DNA of 64,000 nt from a virus (IMGVR_UViG_3300020379_000218:1-64000); one strand, 5' to 3'. Numbered from the stretch's first letter, positions 39,658-49,988 are shown. Made by a program: numbers and translations. The notes: generated by a model from the sequence alone, not told the origin.

Positions 39658-42600
39658 ATGGCAAAAATTAATCTCGGAAGAATTAAATTACAATTCCAAG
39701 GAGAATATAATAAAGACCAACAATACAGACGAGACGATATTGTTTATCATAATAACGCTATGTGGATTATGAAACAAGAATACTTTGCTGATGGGTCTTC
39801 TGCGTATGCTCCTGGTACTAAAATCTTTGGATATAATCCAAAAGACTACACTGGTGACTTCTGGTCAAATGACCCGAACTACAATGGTGTAGATAGTGTT
39901 TTCAGATACACACAATATTGGACTGAAAACGAAAGAAGAGGCGAAACTCAAAGAACTGATAGAGACGGTAATCCTATCACTAAAAACTCTACATACGGTT
40001 CTAACGAGGACGGTGCAAACGAAATTAGACACGACTATATTGATTCATCTATGGGTACGGTTGTTCGCCATCAACAACACCTTATGAATGAATATGACGC
40101 AATGTTTCAAGCTTGCGAAGATGACTATGACCAGTTAGACACATATAATCATTACGAACAAAACTACTTTAAATACCACTATATGCCAGTACACAACTCT
40201 TTTGTTGTGGAAGTTAATGTATCAGGTGGTGTGCCAGATTTCAAAATTGATAACAGACTTGGTAACAATACTAAAGGTAGAGAGTTTGAAGGTTATAGAA
40301 ACTGGGAAAACTTTAAAGAAGGTCATACATACAGATTTTCACAAGACAAACCTAATAACAAATACTACCCATTAGGTTTCTCTTATACTGCTGACGGTAT
40401 TCACAATGCTGGCGATACAGGTAAGTCTTTAGGAATGGATCCTGATGGACCTTACTATGTAAAAGGTACTGCTTCAAATGGTGATAGTGGATTCTTTTCA
40501 CCTATGTACAAAACTGAAGCGGCTGCAATTGCTGAAGATACAAGAAGAGGTGGTGCTGGTGCTGCTCACAAATTAACTTTTGACCAAGGTGATGTACCTG
40601 GTTGGGAGACTGAAGCAAGTCCATCATTACAAGGACATTTACATACAGACGGAACTCAATTAAAAGATACCGTTGTATCACAATTAATAGACGATAGTGG
40701 AAATACATACTTACAAGTATCAAATGCTTGGGCAGGAACAACTGCTGGTGGTGTTTCTTCACACGCAAGAAAAACAATTTACATAAACACTGGTGATTCA
40801 ACAGAATTTCACGGACAAACAGGAAGCACATATTCATATGTTTATATTCAAGGTGCATTAAAAACTGGTTCTAATATTTCTGCTGTAATTACACAACAAA
40901 GAGATAATACAACAACTGCAAACGATAGTGCTGGAAGAAAAATCTTATTAGTAAACGGAAAACCTGTTTATCAATTAGTTGCTGAAGCTTCTACTACAAC
41001 GGTTGGTGGTATCTCTGGTGCTTATCAAGCAATTGATAAAACAGGAGCAGGTTCAACTACTGCATTAGGACTAAATCCAGTATCTAATGAAAATAAAGTT
41101 GACTTGTATATGCCGAAACTTACAGACCCAACAGCAAATGTTGAAAGAACAATGCAAGTTTCAGTTGCTAATCCTGGTTCAGGAAACAAATATTACATTG
41201 ATGGTGTTTTACCAACGGTAAACACAATGAAATTAGAAGAAGGAAAAACTTACAAGTTTGACCAATCAGATAGTACAAATGCAGGACACTGGTTAAAACT
41301 ATCAACTACAAGTGATGGTACACACGGTGGTGGATCCGAGTATACTGCTGGGGTAACTTATGTAGGTACTCCTGGTAATCCTGGTGCTTATACAGAAATT
41401 AAATTAAGAAGTGGTGTTGCAAAACTTTATATCTATTGTAATGCACACTCTGGTATGGGACAAGAAGCAGAAACTTATGATGTTTCTACTAATCTTGGAA
41501 AAACATACGCTCCTGGTAATATCAAAAAATGGCAAGGTTACAACAAAAACGGTTGGGTTAAATACTACTTAAACTCAATTCAAGTTGATGAAAACACTTA
41601 CATTGAAACATTTTTCAATGATAATAATACAAAAGATAGAAACTATCCTAGAACTATGCCTAATGGTAAAGTTAAAGGTGGAAACAAATTCACTTTTGAA
41701 CATCAAGCAGGTAGATATGTTGAGATAACAATTCCTTATCAAACAACACAATCAGACGCTGAATCAACAATTATATATCCATTCTGTTTAGAACCTACTA
41801 CAACTGCAAGACAAACTTCTGGAATGTACAACGATTTCGGTTGGACAATTGAGAAGTCTTGGAGAGGTTATAGACATTGGGATAAAGTACAATCTTCAAT
41901 GAGATTTAGAGGAGAATATTCTCCAAATACACAATACAACTACAATGATATTGTTTCATACAAACCAATTAAAAGAATATCAACTGGTGAGAAGTTTATG
42001 AAACACGGTACTGGATTGTACAGATGTTTAAGAGACAATAGAGGAAGACCACCTCAACACGGATTCCAAGAACCTACAAGGTCACCATTGATGACTAAAT
42101 CAACGGTTACTTCTGGAAGATTAACTGGAAGAGGTGAACACGAACAAAACAATGAGACAGGTAAGAATTATCCTGCACATATTCAATCGTACCACAACTG
42201 CTGGGAATCTTGGGCTGGAATGAACAACCAAGAACAAGGTGCTGGTGTTTGGTTCCCGAACAAAGGACCAATCGGATGGCCATATAAACACGGTCACTCT
42301 AGTGGTGCTAACATTTACAGATGTCATATGTACATTGATAAAAATGGTGCTGTATGGTCAATCGGACACGGTTCAGATAGTGCCAATATGGAACAAGGTC
42401 GTTCTTCTTCATACTTTAGAGAAGTAACCTTCAGATGGAGAGATTTCTACAATTCTGAAAACAGAAACGAAGGTGGTTACAATGAAAGAAGAAGTAGCAA
42501 ATGGACTCGTTATGATAGAATGAGAACACCAAGAGCTATTCAAATAGAAATGGGATATAGTTTCACAATGATATTATTTGATAACGGACAAGTATTCCAC

Positions 42601-43761
42601 GGTGGTTACGGTTCACACGGTCAACAAGGTACTGGTTATGACGGTGCTCCTGGTATGGCAATGACACCTGACGGACTAGAAGATGTACACTTTATCAAAA
42701 TCGCAATGAAAAATATGAATGAAGATTCAACTCATACTCCTTGCGGATTAACAGATGATGGAGATGTATATACTTGGGGTTACAATGGTTACGGTGAAGT
42801 CGGAGACGGTAGAACAGATAACGCATACGGTCCTAAGAGAATATCCAGAGAATTCTTTAATGACGAAAAAATTATTGATATTTTAGCAACTGGTGGAGAT
42901 AGTACTTCATTCTACGCTAGAACATCACAAGACAACATTTACGGTTGGGGAAGAAACAACATCGGTCAATTAGGTGATACAACTACTACTGACAAATACA
43001 GACCTGTATTAATGTCTGGCTTTAATGCTTCAGACAATGGTGGTATCGCTGTATGGCAAGGTGACGCTCACTCATCTAATTCTGCTTTCTATGTACTAGA
43101 CGGAAACGGATTTATTTGGGCGACTGGTTACAATGGATATGGTAACTTTGTAGATAACTCAACAACAAATAGAACACAATTAACTCAATCTACTGCTTCT
43201 CCTAATGGAGATATAGCAGACTTCTGGACAATGTTCTGGAATGGATATCATACAACATTTATGAGATTGAAAAATGGTGAAACTTGGACTGCTGGACATA
43301 GTGGTGGATACTACAACTCTGGTGATGGTGGAACTGGAACAAACCAGGCACCTGTACAAGTAGACAAGATAACTAACCTAAAAGAAGTTTGTATATGTAA
43401 TACATATTCAGACCAAGGTAGAAGTTATTGGTTAACAGATAATGGTGAATTCTTTAGTCAAGGCCGTGATGTATACGGTTCTATGCCTAATCCTGTTGCT
43501 GGAGATAACTGGAATGGTGAAGATGGAACATATAAACCTTTCCACGCTTTCGTACCTGCAGGAACTAGAATTAGAACAATGTGTATTCAAGGTATTGACC
43601 AATCAACTAACTATTACGGACTTCAACCAATGGTTGGAACAGAGGATGGCCAAGTATTACTTTGGGGCTATTCTAATAACAATAACCTAGGACACCACGC
43701 AACTGCAACTTGGTCAAGTACAGGAAGAGCAATGATGTGGAATGCTGGTATTGGTAGATAA
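39658..43761 (+). CDS. RCC1-like beta-propeller fibre/RBP 2 with internal cupredoxin-like domain
   Basis: VYTWGYNGYGEVGDG, IYGWGRNNIGQLGD repeats; GHWL...LYIYCNAHSGMG. Confidence 0.82.
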   Translation: MAKINLGRIKLQFQGEYNKDQQYRRDDIVYHNNAMWIMKQEYFADGSSAYAPGTKIFGYNPKDYTGDFWSNDPNYNGVDSVFRYTQYWTENERRGETQRTDRDGNPITKNSTYGSNEDGANEIRHDYIDSSMGTVVRHQQHLMNEYDAMFQACEDDYDQLDTYNHYEQNYFKYHYMPVHNSFVVEVNVSGGVPDFKIDNRLGNNTKGREFEGYRNWENFKEGHTYRFSQDKPNNKYYPLGFSYTADGIHNAGDTGKSLGMDPDGPYYVKGTASNGDSGFFSPMYKTEAAAIAEDTRRGGAGAAHKLTFDQGDVPGWETEASPSLQGHLHTDGTQLKDTVVSQLIDDSGNTYLQVSNAWAGTTAGGVSSHARKTIYINTGDSTEFHGQTGSTYSYVYIQGALKTGSNISAVITQQRDNTTTANDSAGRKILLVNGKPVYQLVAEASTTTVGGISGAYQAIDKTGAGSTTALGLNPVSNENKVDLYMPKLTDPTANVERTMQVSVANPGSGNKYYIDGVLPTVNTMKLEEGKTYKFDQSDSTNAGHWLKLSTTSDGTHGGGSEYTAGVTYVGTPGNPGAYTEIKLRSGVAKLYIYCNAHSGMGQEAETYDVSTNLGKTYAPGNIKKWQGYNKNGWVKYYLNSIQVDENTYIETFFNDNNTKDRNYPRTMPNGKVKGGNKFTFEHQAGRYVEITIPYQTTQSDAESTIIYPFCLEPTTTARQTSGMYNDFGWTIEKSWRGYRHWDKVQSSMRFRGEYSPNTQYNYNDIVSYKPIKRISTGEKFMKHGTGLYRCLRDNRGRPPQHGFQEPTRSPLMTKSTVTSGRLTGRGEHEQNNETGKNYPAHIQSYHNCWESWAGMNNQEQGAGVWFPNKGPIGWPYKHGHSSGANIYRCHMYIDKNGAVWSIGHGSDSANMEQGRSSSYFREVTFRWRDFYNSENRNEGGYNERRSSKWTRYDRMRTPRAIQIEMGYSFTMILFDNGQVFHGGYGSHGQQGTGYDGAPGMAMTPDGLEDVHFIKIAMKNMNEDSTHTPCGLTDDGDVYTWGYNGYGEVGDGRTDNAYGPKRISREFFNDEKIIDILATGGDSTSFYARTSQDNIYGWGRNNIGQLGDTTTTDKYRPVLMSGFNASDNGGIAVWQGDAHSSNSAFYVLDGNGFIWATGYNGYGNFVDNSTTNRTQLTQSTASPNGDIADFWTMFWNGYHTTFMRLKNGETWTAGHSGGYYNSGDGGTGTNQAPVQVDKITNLKEVCICNTYSDQGRSYWLTDNGEFFSQGRDVYGSMPNPVAGDNWNGEDGTYKPFHAFVPAGTRIRTMCIQGIDQSTNYYGLQPMVGTEDGQVLLWGYSNNNNLGHHATATWSSTGRAMMWNAGIGR

Positions 43762-43769
43762 TATAAATA
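43762..43769 (+). promoter_or_regulatory. T4-type late promoter
   Basis: TATAAATA, intergenic. Confidence 0.8.
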
Positions 43770-43805
43770 GAAGTATAACTTAAAAGGAAAACGGAGAAAA
43801 AACAA

Positions 43806-44195
43806 ATGGCAAAAGTAATTTATTCAATGACAGCTGGCGTACCTCACGGTGACGACTATGTTGCTCCTACAGGTGATACGCCAATCAGTTTAGGTGAAGT
43901 AAGTGGAAAAACTTACTTTTCAATTGATGATGGTAATACTACTATCACAACTGATGGTGCAAATGATTCTGTATACGGAGTAAGTATCGTAACCGACGCT
44001 GACGAAAAAGCTGCGCTTAAGGCTTCTTCAAATTATGTTGAACAAGGTTTAAGTAATTTAGACAACGAATTTCTAACAGGAAAGTCAATGATAGACTTAT
44101 TAGCAGATGTGGCAGATGACACTTCAGCTACTAAAACTTCAATCGCTGACCATAAGACTGCAAAAGCTGCTTTCTTATCTAACTTAGGATTCTAA
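43806..44195 (+). CDS. Acidic hypothetical protein (possible fibre assembly factor)
   Basis: 129 aa between RCC1 genes; GGAG RBS. Confidence 0.75.
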   Translation: MAKVIYSMTAGVPHGDDYVAPTGDTPISLGEVSGKTYFSIDDGNTTITTDGANDSVYGVSIVTDADEKAALKASSNYVEQGLSNLDNEFLTGKSMIDLLADVADDTSATKTSIADHKTAKAAFLSNLGF

Positions 44196-44227
44196 AGAAA
44201 ATTTAACAAAAAGAAGGTAATAGCGAT

Positions 44228-46423
44228 ATGGCACTAGATATACAAAACTTTAAAGTAACCTGGAAAGGTAACTGGAAAGATAAAGAGAAGTATTATAAAA
44301 ATGATATAGTTTACTGGAGAGGAAAGTCTTACAGATGTATAGAAGAAACACCTGATAACTTTACTATCTCTTCTGAAGCTATGATTAATACGAACTCTTA
44401 TGGCCAATATCAGCCTACGGTTGTTAGACGGTCATATAGACCTGACAACAATAGATACTGGACGCTATTGCTTGCAGGTAACGATAACATTGAGACTTGG
44501 CAGTTTTGGAGACAATACGAAAGAGGCGAAATGGTTAAAGTTGCTGACAAGATTTATCTTTGTTTGAGAAAAACAAGATATTGTAATACTTGGGTAGAAG
44601 AACACGATGGAACTCCATCAAAATATTGGGTACTTGTTTACATAAACGAAAACAAGTGGTGTACAAGAAACGAAGTTGTATCTTTTAACAACCGTGCTCC
44701 GTTAGGTTGGAAATACAATATGGGTTCAGATACAGCACACAGCTGGGACCAAAACTATAGAACTTGTACATTATGCTCAGATGGTTCTGATATGTGGGTT
44801 GGTTCTTCTGATGGTACAGGTTCATCTGGATTAGGTGATGGTACTGCTGGAAATGACGAACCAGGAAAACACTTTTCTACAGGTTTCACATTTACTGATT
44901 GGATGGCTTCTACAGACAACCAATCTTGGAATATTAATGCTACAGGTAGAATGACTACACCTGATGGTAAAGCACCTAGAGTAATACAAGTTAGAAAAAA
45001 TCAAAATAGAACTTTCTGGTTAATGAACAATGGTGAAGTTTACGCCGCTGGTGAAAATGGAAACTACGGTTTAGGAAATTCAGAAACTTCTGACAGAAAT
45101 TATGCTGTAAGGGTTACTGCTAATGATACACAAGATTGGCAAGGTAACACTATAGGCAAAACATTCAATCAAACTAAAATGGTTAAAGTCGGTATGTCCG
45201 ACGCCGGACACGATAGTGGAACATCATCTTGTTTCTCACTAGGCGATGATGGTTCAGTATGGGTTTGGGGTTACAATAACAACGGTCAATTAGGACTAGG
45301 TAATCCAGGAATAAACAATTCAACAGACGCTTCTGGTGGTCCAACAAGTACTGCTTTCTATAGTGCCAATGTGACCAGACCAGTTAGATTACCTCAATCA
45401 TATTTTGACGGAAGACAAATTGTTGATATGTGGGTATCAGGTTCAGAAGAAGCTTGGTTCCATTGTTTAGACGAACAAGGTCAATTATGGGGTTGGGGAC
45501 ATAACCAACACGGTGAATTAGGAGTAGGTAACAGAAATGGCACTTACTACTACACATTCCCAACAAGAATTGGTATTAACTGGAACAGATACGGCGGAAT
45601 TAAAATGTATCAAACAACTCACTCAAATGGTGGACACTCTTGTACACACATTTTAGATGGTGAAGGATATATGTGGTTCACAGGTTATACAACTTCAGGC
45701 GCTTGGCCGATTGGTTCTCCTGGTTATACAGGAACACACCACATTGGTTCATTCAGAAGAGAAGGTCACTTCTTAAATGGTGATATTGATTACTTCTGGT
45801 GCGGTGGAGATGAAAACAAATGGTTATATATCAGACAGAAAACTACTGGTATGTTATGGGTCCACGATGGTAACTACGGAACAGATGGTGGTCGTGGTCA
45901 ATCAGTTGAGTCCAATGGATATTGGTATCAATCAGGTGGTCACCCAGGAAGTTTCTTACATATGAAAGGTCCTAAATGGGCAGTCAATGTATGTGATGTA
46001 GGTATGAGTAGAGCTGATGGTTCTTATATGTACTCTTTCCCAATGATACTTGATGACGAAGGTTTAATTTGGGGTGGTGCTCCATATTCAAACAATGAAC
46101 ACGGTTTAGGTGGAGATTCATCTAATAGTGACCAATGGACAAACGGTGGTAGAAACGATACACAAGGTGCAATGGAAGACAATGAAATGTTTAGAACAAG
46201 AAAAAGAATTGTATTCCAACCTGCCGGTGGACATAGATGGACAGATTTATTCTATTCAGGAACTGGTTCTTCAAATATACCAAGAGCTCTTAACCAAAGA
46301 GGTCAAGTATACTGGACTGGTTATGACGGAAGTACTTCGGTAACTCAACACTACGATTATTATTCAGAAGGTGCTGATAGTAACCAGGCACAATACTTCT
46401 TCCACTTGGGTCCTAGAGACTAA
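44228..46423 (+). CDS. RCC1-like beta-propeller fibre/RBP 3
   Basis: VWVWGYNNNGQLGLG, LWGWGHNQHGELGVG; N-terminal WKGNW...YYKNDIVYW. Confidence 0.82.
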   Translation: MALDIQNFKVTWKGNWKDKEKYYKNDIVYWRGKSYRCIEETPDNFTISSEAMINTNSYGQYQPTVVRRSYRPDNNRYWTLLLAGNDNIETWQFWRQYERGEMVKVADKIYLCLRKTRYCNTWVEEHDGTPSKYWVLVYINENKWCTRNEVVSFNNRAPLGWKYNMGSDTAHSWDQNYRTCTLCSDGSDMWVGSSDGTGSSGLGDGTAGNDEPGKHFSTGFTFTDWMASTDNQSWNINATGRMTTPDGKAPRVIQVRKNQNRTFWLMNNGEVYAAGENGNYGLGNSETSDRNYAVRVTANDTQDWQGNTIGKTFNQTKMVKVGMSDAGHDSGTSSCFSLGDDGSVWVWGYNNNGQLGLGNPGINNSTDASGGPTSTAFYSANVTRPVRLPQSYFDGRQIVDMWVSGSEEAWFHCLDEQGQLWGWGHNQHGELGVGNRNGTYYYTFPTRIGINWNRYGGIKMYQTTHSNGGHSCTHILDGEGYMWFTGYTTSGAWPIGSPGYTGTHHIGSFRREGHFLNGDIDYFWCGGDENKWLYIRQKTTGMLWVHDGNYGTDGGRGQSVESNGYWYQSGGHPGSFLHMKGPKWAVNVCDVGMSRADGSYMYSFPMILDDEGLIWGGAPYSNNEHGLGGDSSNSDQWTNGGRNDTQGAMEDNEMFRTRKRIVFQPAGGHRWTDLFYSGTGSSNIPRALNQRGQVYWTGYDGSTSVTQHYDYYSEGADSNQAQYFFHLGPRD

Positions 46424-46431
46424 TATAAATA
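46424..46431 (+). promoter_or_regulatory. T4-type late promoter upstream of heme/bilin cassette
   Basis: TATAAATA, followed by hairpin AAGACTT-aat-AAGTCTT (46442-46458). Confidence 0.75.
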
Positions 46432-46482
46432 ATTATACAATAAGACTTAATAAGTCTTTTACATTAAACAATTGAGGTGAAA

Positions 46483-47262
46483 ATGCAGGAAGTAGAAAAG
46501 TTTGTAGAACTGGCTCGTAAGAAGTTTGATTCACAACCATTCATAGAAGACTATCTAAATAAAAAACTTAAATACAAAGAACTTGTTGGTACATACTTGT
46601 ACAATCAATGGGTCTATACTTGTCAAATAGAAGGACTATGCAAAGACGCAGGTCTACTTGAAGACATAAAAGAAATTTGTATTAAAGAAAATCTAGCAGA
46701 AGCGTGGAAAGCAGAATGGCCTTATGACGCTGACGATATATCAAAACCTTGGGTAGAACCATCTGTAATGTACGCAACGCAAAGTTGGTGTGATGAGATA
46801 CACAAGATAAAAGAAAATAAAGATTTATTACTTGCACATTTATATGCTTCGCATAGTGAGATAATGGTTAATCAAGGCACTTCTGTCCTCAAAGAAAGAC
46901 TTACAAAAAAATTTGAAGAAGCATATAAGAATAACGCTGACGCAATGTTAGAAGTTGTTAAGTTATCTTGGGACTTTAAAATTAATCTCGCACACGATTT
47001 AGAAGCACACAAAGACCATATGGAAGAAGTCTTACCTAGAATTGCAATGTTTAAAATTGCAGCCAAAGAGATTAGTGAAGATAAAAGTGGTATCAATGAT
47101 TTATCTGCTGGCGCTAGAGACGAGGCAGAAGATAATAGAATAAGAGCTGAATTGATGGCAAACCAAGTGTGGGTTAAAGAAATGGATGTCAATGATGTAC
47201 CTGAAGAATATAAAGCAGATGTACAAGCAGAATTGAAAAAACGAGAAGTTGCTAATAAATGA
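46483..47262 (+). CDS. Divergent heme-oxygenase-like protein
   Basis: YLYNQ...IE and LLAHLY align by eye with YLFNQ...LE and IAAHIY of the next gene; lacks proximal His and GDLSGG. Confidence 0.6.
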   Translation: MQEVEKFVELARKKFDSQPFIEDYLNKKLKYKELVGTYLYNQWVYTCQIEGLCKDAGLLEDIKEICIKENLAEAWKAEWPYDADDISKPWVEPSVMYATQSWCDEIHKIKENKDLLLAHLYASHSEIMVNQGTSVLKERLTKKFEEAYKNNADAMLEVVKLSWDFKINLAHDLEAHKDHMEEVLPRIAMFKIAAKEISEDKSGINDLSAGARDEAEDNRIRAELMANQVWVKEMDVNDVPEEYKADVQAELKKREVANK

Positions 47263-47918
47263 AAACATTAAAAGAACTTACTTGGGAACATCACAAAGAA
47301 GCAGAAAGACAACACTTTGTTAAAGTATTAATGTCAGGTAAAATATTAGAAGAAGTCTACGCTGTTTATCTATTCAATCAACATCAAGCATATAACATAT
47401 TAGAAGCGATAGCAATGTCGGAAGGTTTCTTTGATGATATGCCACAATTAAGAAGAGCACCTGAAATAAAAAAAGACTTTGATGAATTGTGGACTTGGAA
47501 TCATCAACCTTGGTTATGTGAAAGTACAAAGAGATATGTTTATCATTGTCAAAATGAATTGATGGACTCTCCTGAAAAAATAGCTGCACACATATATGTT
47601 AGACATATGGGAGACTTATCTGGTGGTCAAATGATTAAAAGAAAAACACCAGGTAGTAATAAATATTACGATTTCAATTTTAAAAAAATTGATGATGGAG
47701 TACAAAGATATAAAAGTGTACAAGAACTAAAAGACGCATTAAGATTAAAAGTGGATAGTTATCAAAAGTATTCAGACGCAAGTACACTAACAGAAAATGT
47801 AAATAATGTTGTATACGAAGCAAGAGTTTGTTTTAGTTTTGCAACAGAATTATTTAAAGAAATGATGAGTTTTATTAAAAATAATGAAAAGAGGTTTGGC
47901 GATGGAACGAAGAAGTAG
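47259..47918 (+). CDS. hemO: Heme oxygenase
   Basis: LKELTWEHHKEAE; AHIYVRHMGDLSGGQMI; EARVCF. Confidence 0.92.
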   Translation: MKTLKELTWEHHKEAERQHFVKVLMSGKILEEVYAVYLFNQHQAYNILEAIAMSEGFFDDMPQLRRAPEIKKDFDELWTWNHQPWLCESTKRYVYHCQNELMDSPEKIAAHIYVRHMGDLSGGQMIKRKTPGSNKYYDFNFKKIDDGVQRYKSVQELKDALRLKVDSYQKYSDASTLTENVNNVVYEARVCFSFATELFKEMMSFIKNNEKRFGDGTKK

Positions 47919-48603
47919 AATATGGGAAATGCTAGAGCAACACACTCATAGCATTATTGCAAATTTTGAAAGAGAAGGTGAAGAAATATTTGAACCTACA
48001 ATGAAGAAGTTTAATAGACCAGAAGAAGGTTGGGTCAATAGAGTATGGGCAACACCAGAGGCAAGAAGATGTCATTTAGATGTTGTTGACGCTAGAGACG
48101 AAAAAGGTTTATATATGTTTCATTGTTGTGTATTTCCTAAACTTACAAGTACTGCGCCAATATATGGATTAGATGTAATCGCTGGTGCAAAAAAGGTTAC
48201 AGGTTTCTTCCACGACTTTTCGCCACTTGCAAAGAAAGACCACTCAATGGTAGATTGGTTTGTAAAAGAAGCAAGTCTTTATACACCATCAAAACCTAGA
48301 CCATTACCTGATTGGGCAATGAAAATTTTTAGTCCAGGTATGATTGCAGCTGGTAATATTAATACAGAAAAAGAATTGACACAAGCATTAAGTATGGCAC
48401 AATCTAACTTAGGAGTTTATTTCACTTTATTAAGAAGAGAAAAAGAACAAGGAGATATACAGGAAATAAAAGACGCACAAAATAGATACGCAAAACATCA
48501 ACGAGAAAATCCTCATACTCCTAGAGTTATGTTAAGTTTAGGATTGCCAGAAGATGATGTTAAAGAGTTTTGTTCAGACGCCTTATTCCCATATGTAGAA
48601 TAA
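47902..48603 (+). CDS. pcyX: Ferredoxin-dependent bilin reductase (PcyX/PcyA type)
   Basis: RRCHLDV...MFHCCVFP...PIYGLDVIAG..KVTGFFHDFSP...RPLPDWA..IFS...Q..Y...Q..NPHT; lies between hemO and hemA. Confidence 0.8.
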   Translation: MERRSRIWEMLEQHTHSIIANFEREGEEIFEPTMKKFNRPEEGWVNRVWATPEARRCHLDVVDARDEKGLYMFHCCVFPKLTSTAPIYGLDVIAGAKKVTGFFHDFSPLAKKDHSMVDWFVKEASLYTPSKPRPLPDWAMKIFSPGMIAAGNINTEKELTQALSMAQSNLGVYFTLLRREKEQGDIQEIKDAQNRYAKHQRENPHTPRVMLSLGLPEDDVKEFCSDALFPYVE

Positions 48604-49796
48604 TGGAACATTTAGATAAATTTAAGGCAGTAATAAAAGATTTAAAAGATGACGGTAGATACCGTGTCTTCAATGATATTCTACGAACTAGAGGCGATTA
48701 TCCTAACGCAATCTGGTATTCAAAATACTCAATCAAAAAAATAGTTAACTGGTGTTCAAATGATTATCTAGGTATGGGACAACACTCTTATGTGCTAGAT
48801 AGTATGAAAACAGCACTGGAGACGAGCGGAGCGGGCGCTGGAGGGACGAGAAACATATCCGGCACTACTCACTATCACATTGCTTTAGAACACGAATTAA
48901 CTCAATTACACAAGAAAGAAAGTGCGTTATTATTCACTTCAGCATACAATGCTAATCAAACAACTTTAGAAACAATGGGCAAGATTATGCCTGACTTGTT
49001 GTTTATATCAGACGCACAAAATCACTCTTCAATCATACAAGGTTTAAGGCATAGTAAATGTAGAAAAGAAATATTTAAACATAATGATGTACAAGATTTA
49101 GAAAGTATATTAATGTCTAACCCAGGACCTAAATGTGTTGTATTTGAAAGTGTATATTCTATGGACGGTGATATTGCACCTGTAAAAGAAATTGTTGAAG
49201 TATGTAAAAAATATAATGCAATAACTTTTATAGATGAAGTACACGCTGTTGGTCTTTACGGTCCTACAGGTGCTGGTATTTGTGAGAGAGACGGTATTGA
49301 AGTAGATATTATTAACGGAACATTAGCCAAGGCCTACGGTGTACAAGGTGGATACATTGCAGGAAAGAGAGAGTTTATAGACGCAATAAGAAGTATGGCA
49401 AGTGCGTTTATATTTACAACTAGTTTATCTCCAGTATTATGCGCTGGTGCATTGACTAGTATAAAATATGTCAAAGACCATCCTGAATTAAGAATGAAAT
49501 TACAGGAGAGAGCATTAAAAACAAAAGAAGAACTTGAAAGAATAGGTATAGAAGTGATGAAAAACGATAGTCATATTGTACCTGTAATTATAGGTGACGC
49601 TAAAAAATGTAAAGCAGTTTCAGATGAATTACTTTACAAAAATGGTATCTATGTTCAACCAATTAATTATCCTACGGTTGCTGTTGGTACTGAAAGATTA
49701 AGATTTACTCCAACACCATTTCATACAGACGCAATGATATTTGATATGGTAGTTAAAGTAAAATCTGCTATGAGAAGATGTGGCAATAAGAAATGA
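48603..49796 (+). CDS. hemA: 5-aminolevulinate synthase (Shemin/C4 pathway)
   Basis: WCSNDYLGMG; GAGAGGTRNISGT; FESVYSMDGD; DEVHAVGLYG; GTLAKAYG; QPINYPTV..G.ERLR. Confidence 0.95.
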   Translation: MEHLDKFKAVIKDLKDDGRYRVFNDILRTRGDYPNAIWYSKYSIKKIVNWCSNDYLGMGQHSYVLDSMKTALETSGAGAGGTRNISGTTHYHIALEHELTQLHKKESALLFTSAYNANQTTLETMGKIMPDLLFISDAQNHSSIIQGLRHSKCRKEIFKHNDVQDLESILMSNPGPKCVVFESVYSMDGDIAPVKEIVEVCKKYNAITFIDEVHAVGLYGPTGAGICERDGIEVDIINGTLAKAYGVQGGYIAGKREFIDAIRSMASAFIFTTSLSPVLCAGALTSIKYVKDHPELRMKLQERALKTKEELERIGIEVMKNDSHIVPVIIGDAKKCKAVSDELLYKNGIYVQPINYPTVAVGTERLRFTPTPFHTDAMIFDMVVKVKSAMRRCGNKK

Positions 49797-49987
49797 ATAT
49801 AACAGAAGAGATTGATTGGTTAATTGTTGATGGTGCAAACGGATTAGAAATCTTATGGTTTATGTTAAAACACGAACCATTTTTACAAGGACTCATAGTT
49901 TTCGGCATATTGTTAGTGATATTGTGTTGGTATTTAGATAAAAAAGACGATAAAGACACGAAATGGGATTGCGACCCTCACGGATAA
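49793..49987 (+). CDS. Small membrane protein
   Basis: 64 aa, one TM; ATGA coupling to hemA. Confidence 0.6.
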   Translation: MNITEEIDWLIVDGANGLEILWFMLKHEPFLQGLIVFGILLVILCWYLDKKDDKDTKWDCDPHG

Positions 49988-49988
49988 T

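Noticed and set aside
46442-46460. Rho-independent terminator after RBP3
   Set aside because: The 7-bp AT-rich stem has a short U-tract and lies downstream of a late promoter; too weak to call a terminator.
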